Assembly (NCBI GenBank): GCA_963836185.1
Contig: CAWIIQ010000003.1
Coordinates: forward strand, 504,782 to 568,781
DNA from: Candidatus Krumholzibacteriia bacterium
GTDB lineage: Bacteria; Krumholzibacteriota; Krumholzibacteriia; Krumholzibacteriales; Krumholzibacteriaceae
Length of the DNA stretch: 64,000 nucleotides
Direction: 5' to 3'
The notes beneath the pieces were generated by a model that had not been told where the DNA came from, made no database searches, and saw only the letters and a program-made list of their open reading frames with translations. A program made the translations under genes and the position numbers. This document shows positions 1-9,783 of this stretch, piece after piece (the stretch's first letter is position 1; every line of letters begins with the position of its first letter).

Positions 1-2
1 TA

Positions 3-584
3 CTCGCAGTTACTCTCGCGGCAGCCATCGTGCTGTCAGCCGGCGCTCATGCCGCGCCTAAAGGCAACCTCCAGCTCGGATTCGGAGCCAACCAGATACA
101 GGGTGCTCCCATGATGGGGCTCGACTGGAAGAATCCGATGCTTTATGCGGGGGGCATGTATTTCCCTTCGTCCTGGGCGGTGCTCGTCGCCGATATATCG
201 TACGGTATGGAGAATGAATACGAGCAGACAGACGGAGAATTTACCGAAACAGTAAAGGTGGGAGCCGGCTATGCGGACTTCATGTTCGGAGCGGTAAAGC
301 ACTTCACCGATGGCGGTTTCCTTTATGCCGGCCTCGGTGCCGCGGTCGGCTGGGCGAGCATCGAGCTGTCAGACAACGATTCGGAGATTACGATCGATAC
401 GGGAGTTGGAGCGGTGTTTGGAGCAGGTATGCAGATCCCGATCAAGAATACCTTCATGGGATTCGCCAATTTCAAGCAGCGCTGCGTTCCGACCGATGTC
501 AAAGACGAAGAATTTTCCGCGACCTTCAACGCCGGCGGCTTCGAGATGATAGTCGGCGTTGCGTGGACGTTCGGCGACAAGTAG
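3..584 (+). CDS. Outer-membrane beta-barrel protein, 5'-truncated by the window edge
   Basis: Frame is open from base 3 (LAVTLAAAIVLSAGAHA, signal-peptide-like); alternating hydrophobic beta-strands; ends VGVAWTFGDK. Confidence 0.65.
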   Translation, partial: LAVTLAAAIVLSAGAHAAPKGNLQLGFGANQIQGAPMMGLDWKNPMLYAGGMYFPSSWAVLVADISYGMENEYEQTDGEFTETVKVGAGYADFMFGAVKHFTDGGFLYAGLGAAVGWASIELSDNDSEITIDTGVGAVFGAGMQIPIKNTFMGFANFKQRCVPTDVKDEEFSATFNAGGFEMIVGVAWTFGDK

Positions 585-622
585 GATATGGCAGGTTCCG
601 ATAATCAAGAGGGAGCATAGCC

Positions 623-1903
623 GTGGCAAGCAGGATAGTTATAGCGGTTCTGGTCATCGTGATCGCCGCGCTGGTCGTCAAGCTGGTGATGGACAGCAGG
701 AAAGGAGAGAGCGAGGCGGGGTATGAGCTGCCTCCTCCCGAGACTCTCGACGCACGCGACGTCGCTGCATTCATAGACAGTGAGGCTACGACCTTCCGCG
801 TACGGACTACACGTGATGTCCTTCCCGGCGGGTATTCCGCGGCTATGACCCCTCTTCTCGTCGACTGGGACAAGTCTGACCTCTCGCCGGGAGGTGAGAT
901 CCTGCTTCTCAACATCAACCATGGCGGCAATCCCGTCTCCGGTGTGACAGAGTTGCGTTCAGCGGTTATAAGGCCGGACAAGATCAAGGAGGCGCAGTTC
1001 ATCATGGTCCCGCTCGGAGGGCCCGAGGCGATCTCCCACGGGATGGTTCGTTTCATCTTTGAGGAAGGGGGCGCCGAGTTCTCAGGCGGAGACAGGGGGG
1101 TGGCCGGCAAGAAGGAGATACTCGAGGACCTGATGATCTCCTGGGAGGCATGGCGCGCTCCGGGTGTCGACTACAAGATGATGAAGGGGATGGATCCCGA
1201 GACTTACGAACTGAGCTGCCGCGCGTACTCCGGGCCGCAGCGCTTTCTCGAGGATGCGCTGATGAACCGTGACTGGAACATGTACAAGCTCGATCTGCCC
1301 GACGGGATAGATGCTTACAGGGAACTGCTCCTTGTCGCCCTCGCGCTGGGAGACGGAGCATCCCGCCATTCGATAGTCTGGATGATCGAGGATGCCGAGA
1401 AGAAATGGCAGGAGGAGGGTCTCGAATCAGATCCGGAGCAGGCCGCCGCCGCAGGTATCTGGCGTGCACTCAAGGAGAGGGCCGGCTCGGCGAGCCCGCC
1501 GGTCGACGATCCCCGCGCCGATATGACGGGCAAGACGGGTTACCAGTCACTGACAAGGTCATGTGCGACTATGGCGCTATATTCAGTGGATCTTACCGTG
1601 GCGCGGCTTATCGAGGCGGGTCATCCGGCGGATGGCGCGAGGCCTACGCAGAAACCGGAGATGGTCGATGAGCCGGAATGGATGATAGAGCTGGGGAGCG
1701 CCGATATCGCAGGTATCCTAGTGCGGACCCCGAAGGCTCTCGCCTACGCCCGGGCTAATCCGACTGTTATCCCCGGCAATATCCCGAAAGCCCTCGAAGA
1801 GGCGGGGCTTCTTGTCATGGACGGCGACAGGCCGTGGCACAAACGCTATTCGATGCAGGGGGACACCCCCTGGGGGCACAGGTGGCAGCTGCTGATAAGA
1901 TAA
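623..1903 (+). CDS. Membrane-anchored DUF4105/Lnb N-terminal-like protein
   Basis: N-terminal TM; SHGMVRF, ISWEA and YQSLTRSCAT match the His/Glu/Cys pattern of DUF4105. Confidence 0.6.
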   Translation: MASRIVIAVLVIVIAALVVKLVMDSRKGESEAGYELPPPETLDARDVAAFIDSEATTFRVRTTRDVLPGGYSAAMTPLLVDWDKSDLSPGGEILLLNINHGGNPVSGVTELRSAVIRPDKIKEAQFIMVPLGGPEAISHGMVRFIFEEGGAEFSGGDRGVAGKKEILEDLMISWEAWRAPGVDYKMMKGMDPETYELSCRAYSGPQRFLEDALMNRDWNMYKLDLPDGIDAYRELLLVALALGDGASRHSIVWMIEDAEKKWQEEGLESDPEQAAAAGIWRALKERAGSASPPVDDPRADMTGKTGYQSLTRSCATMALYSVDLTVARLIEAGHPADGARPTQKPEMVDEPEWMIELGSADIAGILVRTPKALAYARANPTVIPGNIPKALEEAGLLVMDGDRPWHKRYSMQGDTPWGHRWQLLIR

Positions 1904-1916
1904 CGGGAGGGGAAAA

Positions 1917-3112
1917 ATGAAACGGATACTGATTTTCTCGCTGATACTTGTTTCTTTCAAGTCCGGCATCCGCGGTACTGACCTTTTATACCGATGAAGC
2001 GGCATACCTGGCCGAAGTAACCACCCTCGGCTACAGGGTTGTGAATGAAGGATTCGAGGATGACCTCGTCTGGGGGACCGTACGGACAACGATCAATGAT
2101 CCAAACTACGGGGCGGTTATCATAAGCCAGGGAATCACCTGGACCTCGAATCATCCCGGAGAACGAGATCACAACGGGCAGCGGACCTGCTTTGACCGGG
2201 TCCTGGGGATTCTACTCGATGCCTCATGGAAATTACGCGACAGGGACGGACTGCCTGACCCCCGGTATGTGCGGGGACGGATTCATCGGCACCAGGCTCG
2301 ATACGATATATGCCGTCGGGGGATGGATCACCGGATTCTATGGCGGAAGACTGAACGTGATACTCGATGGCGACACACTCAACGCTGTCGATTTCGACGG
2401 CGCCAACGATCTTGAGAATATCCACCAGTTCTTCGGGGTGATAGAGACGAACGGATTTACCGATTTCGAGTTCCGGGAGATGGAAGGCACGAGCGAGGAC
2501 GCGAAGTACATGTGGGCCGATGATTTTACATTCGGCCTGCCCCTGACCTCCGCTGTGCTGATCACCAATTTCAGTGCCTCTGTCAACGGATTGAGCGTCG
2601 AGCTGGACTGGCAGGTATATGCCGACGAATCTATATCGGGGTTCAGGATCTATCGTGAGGATGCTGCAGGAAACTCCTCGACCTTCCCCGAAGACGGCCT
2701 GCTGGCCTCGTCGGCGACAGCGTTCACCGATTCGGATGTAATTCCTGGGATCGACTATATCTATATTCTCGCGGTCGTCAAGCCGGACGGCAGTGAGGTC
2801 AAGTCGCTCGAGACACGGGCAGGGATAGAGATCGCCCCCGCCCGGCTTTCACAGAACTACCCGAACCCGTTTAATCCAGTAACGCGGATCGGGTATTACG
2901 TTGACAGGGATGACGATGTATCCCTCAGGATATACGATGTGGCGGGGAGACATGTACGTACCCTTATGGAGCGGCAACTGCCGCCCGGAGAGTACGTGGA
3001 GATATGGAACGGAGTCGATGAGCAGGGCGATCCCGTCGCTAGCGGAATATATTTCTACAGGCTCAGGATCGGCAAGACCACGATGACCCGAAGGATGGTC
3101 CTTATCCGGTAG
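1917..3112 (+). CDS. Secreted protein with C-terminal FlgD/Por-type sorting domain, broken by two frameshifts (~1950, ~2157)
   Basis: GGAGGGG RBS and ATG 1917 (MKRILIFSLIL) join ORF 1948 (FLSSPASA-VLTFY) and ORF 2192; ends QNYPNPFNP...YFYRL...RRMVLIR. Confidence 0.75.
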
Positions 3113-3115
3113 CTT

Positions 3116-4309
3116 TTATCGGACCTCGGCTTCTTCATGCCTGAACCAGTGCCTCGTTCGCAGGCTGATGCGCACCAGCATCAGCATCACGGGCACCTCT
3201 ATCAATACTCCCACTACAGTTGCCAGCGCCGCACCCGATGACAACCCGAAGAGCATCGTCGCCGTGGCGATGGCGACCTCGAAGTGGTTCGAGGCCCCGA
3301 TCATTGCCGCCGGCGCGGCATTTTCGTATGTCAGCCCAAGCACCTTCGCGGCCCCGTACCCGAGCCAGAAGATCAGCATCGTCTGTATGAAGAGCGGTAT
3401 GGCGATCCAGAGGATCGTCAGCGGGTTGGCGAGGATGACGTCACCCTTGAAGCTGAAGAGCAGGATGAGCGTTATCAGAAGAGCGACGATCGTCACAGGC
3501 GTAAGGAGATGAAGGAACTTCTCCCTGAACCATGATTCGCCCTTTGTCGCGATGATCGCTCCCCGGGTGATATACCCCGCGACCAGGGGCAGCGCTACAT
3601 ATATCGATATCGACAGCAGCAGCGCCTGCCATGGAACGGGCAGCCGGCCGACGCCGAGAAGGAACCCGCCGAGTATCCCGTAGAGCAGGAGCATCGTCAG
3701 CGAGTTGATAGCTACCATGACGAGGGTCAGCCCGTCGTTGCCGCGTGCGAGGAATCCCCACACGAGGACCATCGCGGTGCATGGCGCGATGCCGAGAAGG
3801 ATCGCCCCGGCGAGATAGCTTCTCCAGAGCGGCACCTCGAGCATCTTGATTCCGTCGACGATCACCACGGTCCCCGCTCCGTGCGTCGAGCCGAGAGGCA
3901 GGTCGAGCCCGAAAGGCATCTTTACCAGGTCGGTCGCCTCCGGTCCTATAAATCCCCTGAACAGGACCCCGAGGAAGAGCATCGCTATCGCGTACATCGT
4001 GAAGGGCTTGACCGCCCAGTTGATGATAAGGGTCAGGAAGACCGGCTTTCCGCTGCGTCCCGCCTTGACGACCTCGGCGAAGTCGATCTTGACCATGATG
4101 GGGTACATCATGAAGAAAAGGCAGACCGCGATAGGTATCGATACCACGGGGGCTCCCTTGACCGATATCGCCATCCCGTCGAGAGAACGCGCCACGCCCG
4201 GCGCCATTCTGCCGAGAAGTATCCCGGCTACGATGCAGAGGCCGACCCACACGGTCAGGTACCTCTCGAAGACGCTCTTCATCCTTCTCGTATCACTGTT
4301 GATTGCCAT
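3116..4309 (-). CDS. acr3: ACR3-family arsenite efflux transporter
   Basis: [30 protein letters not shown] and [10 protein letters not shown] motifs. Confidence 0.95.
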   Translation of the reverse strand: MAINSDTRRMKSVFERYLTVWVGLCIVAGILLGRMAPGVARSLDGMAISVKGAPVVSIPIAVCLFFMMYPIMVKIDFAEVVKAGRSGKPVFLTLIINWAVKPFTMYAIAMLFLGVLFRGFIGPEATDLVKMPFGLDLPLGSTHGAGTVVIVDGIKMLEVPLWRSYLAGAILLGIAPCTAMVLVWGFLARGNDGLTLVMVAINSLTMLLLYGILGGFLLGVGRLPVPWQALLLSISIYVALPLVAGYITRGAIIATKGESWFREKFLHLLTPVTIVALLITLILLFSFKGDVILANPLTILWIAIPLFIQTMLIFWLGYGAAKVLGLTYENAAPAAMIGASNHFEVAIATATMLFGLSSGAALATVVGVLIEVPVMLMLVRISLRTRHWFRHEEAEVR

Positions 4310-4340
4310 TCCCGATCAGTCCTCCTGTGATCCTTTCCGG

Positions 4341-5126
4341 TTACTTGACGGCCTCGATCGTCGCCGACCGGGCGTATTCCTCTACGCCGGTTCCGGGGAA
4401 CCAGTCCTTGATGAATTCTACGCTCTCCTCATTTACGCATATCTCCACCTTCGAGAATCCGGCCTCGATCAGCATCTCCTCGTAGAGCGAGACCGATACT
4501 GCTCCGGCAATACATCCGGCATAGGCGTCGAGGTCGTTTCTTACACTCTCGGGCATATCGCCTATTGTCACGACATCCGAGATCGCTAGCCGGCCCCCGT
4601 CCTTCAGAACGCGCCATGCGTCCCGAAGCACCTGCGGCTTGGCGGGGGAGAGGTTGATCACGCAGTTAGAGATGATCACATCGACAGTGTCGTTAGCCAC
4701 GGGAAGATGCTCGATCTCTCCTAGACGGAACTCGACGTTTACGAATCCGCCCTCAGCCGCTGCCTGCCTCGCCTTGAGGAGCATCGGGGGCGTCATGTCG
4801 ATCCCGATCACGCGTCCCGTATCGCCGACCTTCATCGATGCGAGAAAGCAGTCGATGCCGCCTCCGCTGCCGAGGTCCACGACAGTCTCGCCTTCCTTAA
4901 GCGAAGCTATCGCGATCGGGTTTCCGCACCCGAGGCCCATGTTGCTCTCGACGGGGAGCGATTCAAGTTCTTTCTTTGAATACCCGAGCTTCTCCGAGAC
5001 TTCTTTCGCCTCGGAGCCAGAAGGCGAGCAGCATGACGTACCACCGCACCCGCAGGAGTCTGCTGTTTCGGCGTAACGTTTCCTGATCTCGTCCCTGATA
5101 TGGTCCTTGTCATTGTTCTGTGTCAT
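4341..5126 (-). CDS. arsM: Arsenite S-adenosylmethionine methyltransferase
   Basis: N-terminal CGC..SCC, GLGCGNP, VDLGSGGGID, SNCVINL, GCIAGA; start moved to ATG 5126. Confidence 0.95.
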   Translation of the reverse strand: MTQNNDKDHIRDEIRKRYAETADSCGCGGTSCCSPSGSEAKEVSEKLGYSKKELESLPVESNMGLGCGNPIAIASLKEGETVVDLGSGGGIDCFLASMKVGDTGRVIGIDMTPPMLLKARQAAAEGGFVNVEFRLGEIEHLPVANDTVDVIISNCVINLSPAKPQVLRDAWRVLKDGGRLAISDVVTIGDMPESVRNDLDAYAGCIAGAVSVSLYEEMLIEAGFSKVEICVNEESVEFIKDWFPGTGVEEYARSATIEAVK

Positions 5127-5571
5127 GCTTCTGTTCCTTTTCGAGATTGCCCGGAATGCCTTCGACGAACATCCTGATCTCGTCCCGCACCCTGCGGTAT
5201 ATATCGAGTTTCTCCTCTTCCCCTTCGACATCTTTCGCGAGCGAAGGGGGATCGTCGAATCCGACATGAACTACCTTGCCGGTACCCGGGAAGAAGGGGC
5301 ATGTCTCTCGCGCATTGTCGCATACGGTCACGACGTAATCGAAATCGATATTGATAAACTCTCTCACGTTCTGTGATTTCGCTCCCGAGATATCGACGCC
5401 CGCTTCGGCCATGACCTTGACCGCGTTCGGATTGAGACCGTGGGTCTCTATGCCGGCAGACATCGCTTCGATCTCGCTGCTCTTTAAATGCCCGGCCCAC
5501 CCTTGCGCCATCTGGCTCCTGCACGAGTTGCCCGTGCAGAGAAAAAGTATCTTCAGCCTGTCATTTGCCAT
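5110..5571 (-). CDS. arsC: Thioredoxin-coupled arsenate reductase (LMW-PTP fold)
   Basis: CTGNSCRSQMA P-loop, VTVCD..ETCP, FDDP. Confidence 0.93.
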   Translation of the reverse strand: MANDRLKILFLCTGNSCRSQMAQGWAGHLKSSEIEAMSAGIETHGLNPNAVKVMAEAGVDISGAKSQNVREFINIDFDYVVTVCDNARETCPFFPGTGKVVHVGFDDPPSLAKDVEGEEEKLDIYRRVRDEIRMFVEGIPGNLEKEQKHDTEQ

Positions 5572-5950
5572 ATTGATCATCTCCCTCACAGGACCTCGTA
5601 GAGCAGTACCTGGCTGCGCCGCATCTGGCGACCTTCCTGAGGTATTTCCGGTCGGCCCTGATCTCCGACGAGTTTTTGAGCGATTCCCCCAGCCAGTCCA
5701 TGACTGTCACGACCGGTTCGGTCTTTGCCGCCTCGGAAAGCCTGTAGTATACCCACCGTCCGTTCTTGCGGCTTTCCACCAGCCCCGCACTGTGCAGGAT
5801 GCTTATGTGGCGCGAGACGGTAGCCGGCGCGAGACCGAGCATCTCGGTCACCTGGCAGACGCATAATTCATCCATATCCCTGAGGGCCATCACTGTCCGC
5901 AGCCTGTTACCGTCTGACAGGGCCTTTGTCACTGATAGAACATCTTTCAT
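5561..5950 (-). CDS. arsR: ArsR/SmtB metalloregulator
   Basis: KALSD..RL, ELCVCQ metal site, SRHISIL helix, GRWVYY wing. Confidence 0.92.
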   Translation of the reverse strand: MKDVLSVTKALSDGNRLRTVMALRDMDELCVCQVTEMLGLAPATVSRHISILHSAGLVESRKNGRWVYYRLSEAAKTEPVVTVMDWLGESLKNSSEIRADRKYLRKVARCGAARYCSTRSCEGDDQYGK

Positions 5951-5971
5951 CCTGATTCTCCATGCTTCTAT

Positions 5972-6022
5972 ATTTAGCCAAACAACGAAATGAAAGATAG
6001 CCTGTTAATGGAGCGGTGTCAA
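5972..6022 (-). promoter_or_regulatory. Sigma70 promoter and ArsR-type operator for arsR-arsC-arsM-acr3
   Basis: Minus strand TTGACA(6022-6017)-17nt-TATCTT(5999-5994); imperfect dyad ATTTAGC-N6-ACGAAAT at 5972-5991. Confidence 0.7.
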
Positions 6023-6044
6023 GAAAGGTTGTGTCAGGAAATGG

Positions 6045-6749
6045 TCAGATATAGTTGTAGATCGAGAAGCCGAATATATAGGTCAGGCAGTAATAGATCC
6101 CAGCCGCGATAAACACCGTGCCTGTGATCCTTCTTGCCCAGTACTCGAAAGAAGCCATCCGGTCATATGCCCTGCCTATCCTGTTGGCGCCGAACGCGAT
6201 GAGGACCGCGAATATGAGTACGGGAAGCGCTGTTCCTATGCCGTATGCTGCGGGAAGGATGATGCCCGATTCGTTCTTTACCGCCAGCGCGAGCAGGCTT
6301 CCGAAGAAGAGAGCCGCCGAGACGGGGCAGAACGAGATGGCGAATACGATCCCTAGAAGAAGGGCTCCCCACATGCCGAGCCTGTCGACGCGGCGCTGCA
6401 TCTTCTCGCTGACCCCGCCGCCGCGGCGGGAAAAGGAGATCAGCTCGAGCAGGACCATTCCTATGATAATGAGCAGCGGGCCCATCGCGAGGTTCATGTA
6501 TTTCTGAAGCATGTGGGAAAGGCGCGGAGCTGAAAGGAGACTCGCGACCAGCATTGCCCCGAGAACAGTGTAGGTAAGTGTTCTTCCTGCCGTGTACAGA
6601 AGTCCCGCACTGAGTACCTTCTTCGGATCATCGACCCTGCGGCCTATGTACGAGATCGCGGTGATATTCATCGCCAGCGGGCATGGGCTGATCGAGGTGA
6701 GTATTCCAAGCCATAGCGCCGATGCCGCGGCAAGAGCGAACTGAGCCAT
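6045..6749 (-). CDS. ArsG-like (CcdA/DsbD-TM family) membrane protein
   Basis: TSISPCPLA and AISFCPVS motifs, ~6 TMs, inside ars cluster; start ATG 6749. Confidence 0.8.
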   Translation of the reverse strand: MAQFALAAASALWLGILTSISPCPLAMNITAISYIGRRVDDPKKVLSAGLLYTAGRTLTYTVLGAMLVASLLSAPRLSHMLQKYMNLAMGPLLIIIGMVLLELISFSRRGGGVSEKMQRRVDRLGMWGALLLGIVFAISFCPVSAALFFGSLLALAVKNESGIILPAAYGIGTALPVLIFAVLIAFGANRIGRAYDRMASFEYWARRITGTVFIAAGIYYCLTYIFGFSIYNYI

Positions 6750-7222
6750 CAGGACTCCCCGTTCATGAACTTCCCGGCCTCTTCCTGAACGTATGTGATA
6801 TAAGCTTCTTTGTCGCCGACGAGTTCCCATACACGGGTGAGGTTGAGGTAATCCCCGCGTTCTCCGTCGACGACGCGCTCGAGCACAACCGTTCTCGCCG
6901 AGAGCTGGAAATCATCGATGAAGTGCTCGTTTTCGGCCATCTCCAGGTTGACGGGCAGAAACTCGATCCGGTTCGCCTTGAGCGCTTCGGGGAACCCTGT
7001 CTCGACAGCCTCGAGGGCGTACATCTCGATAGTCAGACAGGTCTTGCACCGGGCGTTGCCATGGAAATAGTAGAAAATATAATTAGTGCCGCTGTCAGCA
7101 AGGGCAGTCTCCGCGGCTCCCTCCATGTCCGATTCTCCCCCGCCGCTTTTCATGAAAAGGGCGACCAGGCTCGCCGCGACGAAGACGAGAAGGAGTATGG
7201 TCACTATCAGTTTGATCTTCAT
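6749..7222 (-). CDS. ArsF-like exported thioredoxin-fold protein
   Basis: Signal/TM, YYFHGNARCKTCLTIE (CxxC). Confidence 0.75.
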   Translation of the reverse strand: MKIKLIVTILLLVFVAASLVALFMKSGGGESDMEGAAETALADSGTNYIFYYFHGNARCKTCLTIEMYALEAVETGFPEALKANRIEFLPVNLEMAENEHFIDDFQLSARTVVLERVVDGERGDYLNLTRVWELVGDKEAYITYVQEEAGKFMNGES

Positions 7223-7236
7223 TGACTGGGTCTCCT

Positions 7237-7467
7237 TTATTCAAGCATTTCCTTGAGCTCGTCGATAGCCGGGACCTTACCGACTACTTTTACTTCACCG
7301 TCGATGGCGAGCGCCGGCGTCATCATCACTCCGAAATCGAGGATCTCGTTTATCTCCGTTACCTTCTCGACCTCGGCGTCGAGCCCGAGCTCCCTTACCG
7401 CGCGCTCTGTCTGCTCGGCGAGCAGCTTGCATTTGGCGCATCCAGTTCCGAGTACCTGTATCTTCAT
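7237..7467 (-). CDS. Small redox-active disulfide protein (MTH895/Thioredoxin_3 family)
   Basis: MKIQVLGTGCAKC, GVMMTPALAIDG. Confidence 0.9.
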   Translation of the reverse strand: MKIQVLGTGCAKCKLLAEQTERAVRELGLDAEVEKVTEINEILDFGVMMTPALAIDGEVKVVGKVPAIDELKEMLE

Positions 7468-7518
7468 CGTCTGCCTCCAAAAATCATCATGGTCAACAGT
7501 TCATTTAAGCCACATATC

Positions 7519-8820
7519 CTAACGTGCGATCAATCCAAACAGCATGCCGCTGATCGTTGCCATGACCACGACGAGCGCGACGAATACGAGCGTTTTTTTC
7601 GTGCCCATCACGCTTCGTATCACGAGCATGTTCGGCAGGCTCAACGCCGGTCCGGCCAGAAGAAGAGCGAGCGCTGGTCCTTTTCCCATGCCGCTGCCTA
7701 TCAGGCCCTGCAGAATCGGGACCTCGGTCAGTGTCGCGAAATACATGAGAGCGCCGGCGAACGAAGCGAAGAAGTTGGCTCTGAGCGAATTGCCGCCTAC
7801 AGCGCTGCTGATCCACTCTGATGGTATAAGGCCCTCGCGCCCCACCCGGCCGAGAAGCGCTCCGGCGATCAGGACGCCGAAAAGGAGGAGGGGAAGTATC
7901 TGTTTCGCGAATCCCCACGAGGCTGACAACCAGTCCGACGGCTCGCCCTTTTCAGAGCTTGCAGTGAGCGATACACCGATCACTGCTCCAGCGAAGGGTA
8001 TCATCGGCTGTCCGGGGAATACCAGGGCGAGGACCGCCGTTGCTGCGGCGGTGAGGGCGACCTTCCACCATCTCACGCCGAACCAGAATATCAGCATCAG
8101 GCCGAGACCCGAGGCGAAGATCGAAGTGCCGATCCATTTGAATCCGTAGATAGCGGCCCATATGCCTTCGTTCCCGGCCGGCCTTCCCCAGTTGGCGAAT
8201 ACGAGGATACCGACCATCGAAGCGAAGTAGAGCCCCGTCTGCCAGAGAGGCCTGCCTGGCCCGGGGTCGGGCATAGCCGCCTGTGCCGCCGCTTTCTTCT
8301 CTTCTTCTTTCCTGAATATCACGTGCATCAGCACACCGATTATGATGCTGAACAGGACCGCGCCGACCGCGCGGGCGATTCCCATCTGCACGCCGAGCAC
8401 GCGGGCCGTCAGTACTATCGCGAGTATGTTGATAGCGGGACCTGAGTACAGGAACGCCGTTGCCGGTCCTAGCCCCGCGCCCATCCGGTAGATGCCGGCG
8501 AAGAGCGGAAGGACCGTGCACGAGCAGACGGCCAGGACCGAACCGGAAACGGAAGCGACGCCGTAGGCGAGCACCTTGTTCGCCTTCGCGCCGAGATACC
8601 GCATCACGGATGCCTGGTTGACGAATACCGAGATAGCGCCGGCGATAAAGAATGCCGGGATCAGGCAGAGAAGGACATGCTCACGCGCGTACCACTTCGC
8701 CAGGTGAAACGCCTCGAGGAGCGAATTGTCGAACCTCTCCGTTCCTACCGGTATGTAGAAGAGCGCGAGGAAGACCGCGGCTATCAGCGCCAGCTTTTTC
8801 CATTCATCCCGAAGATCCAT
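7519..8820 (-). CDS. arsP: ArsP/DUF318-family permease
   Basis: VCSCTVLPLF, FLYSGPAIN, YFATLTEVP, GPALSLP. Confidence 0.85.
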   Translation of the reverse strand: MDLRDEWKKLALIAAVFLALFYIPVGTERFDNSLLEAFHLAKWYAREHVLLCLIPAFFIAGAISVFVNQASVMRYLGAKANKVLAYGVASVSGSVLAVCSCTVLPLFAGIYRMGAGLGPATAFLYSGPAINILAIVLTARVLGVQMGIARAVGAVLFSIIIGVLMHVIFRKEEEKKAAAQAAMPDPGPGRPLWQTGLYFASMVGILVFANWGRPAGNEGIWAAIYGFKWIGTSIFASGLGLMLIFWFGVRWWKVALTAAATAVLALVFPGQPMIPFAGAVIGVSLTASSEKGEPSDWLSASWGFAKQILPLLLFGVLIAGALLGRVGREGLIPSEWISSAVGGNSLRANFFASFAGALMYFATLTEVPILQGLIGSGMGKGPALALLLAGPALSLPNMLVIRSVMGTKKTLVFVALVVVMATISGMLFGLIAR

Positions 8821-8821
8821 A

Positions 8822-9160
8822 TCATGTCACCTTCTGGTCTTTTTCAAGCATCTGTATCTGTTCCTCCGCGCCAGACCTGATGACCTCTTCGACACACCCC
8901 ATGAAGTTCAGCACGCAGGGGACCCGGAGCCTGTAGAAGACCTGTTTTCCGCGCTTTTCATCCTCGATCAGCCCGGCCTGCTTCATTACGGCAAGATGTC
9001 GCGAAATGGTAGAGTAATCTACGCCGGCCATGTCGACGAACTCGCATACGCAGCGTTCGCCCTGGCCGAGTTCCTCGGCTATCAGGAGGCGCGTGGGATG
9101 TCCAAGGGCCTTCAGAACTCTTGATTTAGCTTCAAGATACGTCTTTTTTTTCTCGTCCAT
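8822..9160 (-). CDS. arsR: Second ArsR/SmtB regulator
   Basis: KALGHPTRL, ERCVCEF, SRHL, C-terminal PCVLNFMGC. Confidence 0.9.
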   Translation of the reverse strand: MDEKKKTYLEAKSRVLKALGHPTRLLIAEELGQGERCVCEFVDMAGVDYSTISRHLAVMKQAGLIEDEKRGKQVFYRLRVPCVLNFMGCVEEVIRSGAEEQIQMLEKDQKVT

Positions 9161-9182
9161 GGGGATTCTTCCTCATTGGTAT

Positions 9183-9218
9183 ATTTGGCATAATAGCCAA
9201 ATGAAGAGCTGGAGTCAA
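9183..9218 (-). promoter_or_regulatory. Sigma70 promoter with a perfect palindromic operator over the -10
   Basis: Minus strand TTGACT(9218-9213)-17nt-TATTAT(9195-9190); ATTTGGC-ataata-GCCAAAT at 9183-9202. Confidence 0.8.
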
Positions 9219-9300
9219 CTGGTTTGTTTTATGCAGGATAACCAGGTGGTTTGTGGAAGCGGCTCATCGACAGTCCTGAATCGAAGAGGTGGTGAGACGA

Positions 9301-9783
9301 ATGAAGAGATCCGGATGGATGACTGGCCTGTTACTCCTTCTTGTGACGGCGTTTACGCTCGCCCTGGCCGGGGACGCCCTGGCCGGCGACAAGAAGGACA
9401 AGAAGGACAAGAAAGACAAGAAGGATAAGAAAGGAAAGCAGGAGCTGGTCGAAAGGGATGGTAAAGAGCGTTCTGGTTCGGCCGTTCGATCCGACGAGAG
9501 CCACAAAAAGTTCTCAGAAAAAAGGGAGCAGTGCGAAAGGACAGGGAAGCAAGGGGAACAGCTCGAAAAGTCAGAGCCAGTCGAGGAGTCAGAAGAGAAA
9601 CCAGAAAAGAAGTCAGAAAAGGAGCTGCAAAAGAAGCAGCGGCGGGAAAAAGTAAAATATGGTATAATCCGGTCGGGTAGAGACCCCATTCTGCAATATC
9701 TGGCTCCCGATCCGCGAAAGCGCTTCCGCGTGTTCCGGGTCGTCGAGCGAATCCGACCGGAGGTGCCAGATGAACCGCACTGA
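9301..9783 (+). CDS. Small secreted low-complexity charged protein; true stop may be 9655 if frameshifted
   Basis: GAGGTGG RBS, signal peptide ending ALA-G, DKK repeats. Confidence 0.55.
   Translation: MKRSGWMTGLLLLLVTAFTLALAGDALAGDKKDKKDKKDKKDKKGKQELVERDGKERSGSAVRSDESHKKFSEKREQCERTGKQGEQLEKSEPVEESEEKPEKKSEKELQKKQRREKVKYGIIRSGRDPILQYLAPDPRKRFRVFRVVERIRPEVPDEPH
9388..9432 (+). repeat. 9-bp tandem repeat (GACAAGAAG-like x5) encoding DKK
   Basis: gacaagaag gacaagaag gacaagaaa gacaagaag gataagaaa. Confidence 0.9.

Noticed and set aside
3116-9160. Selenocysteine recoding in ars redox proteins
   Set aside because: All Cys motifs lie in open frames; no in-frame TGA at catalytic positions
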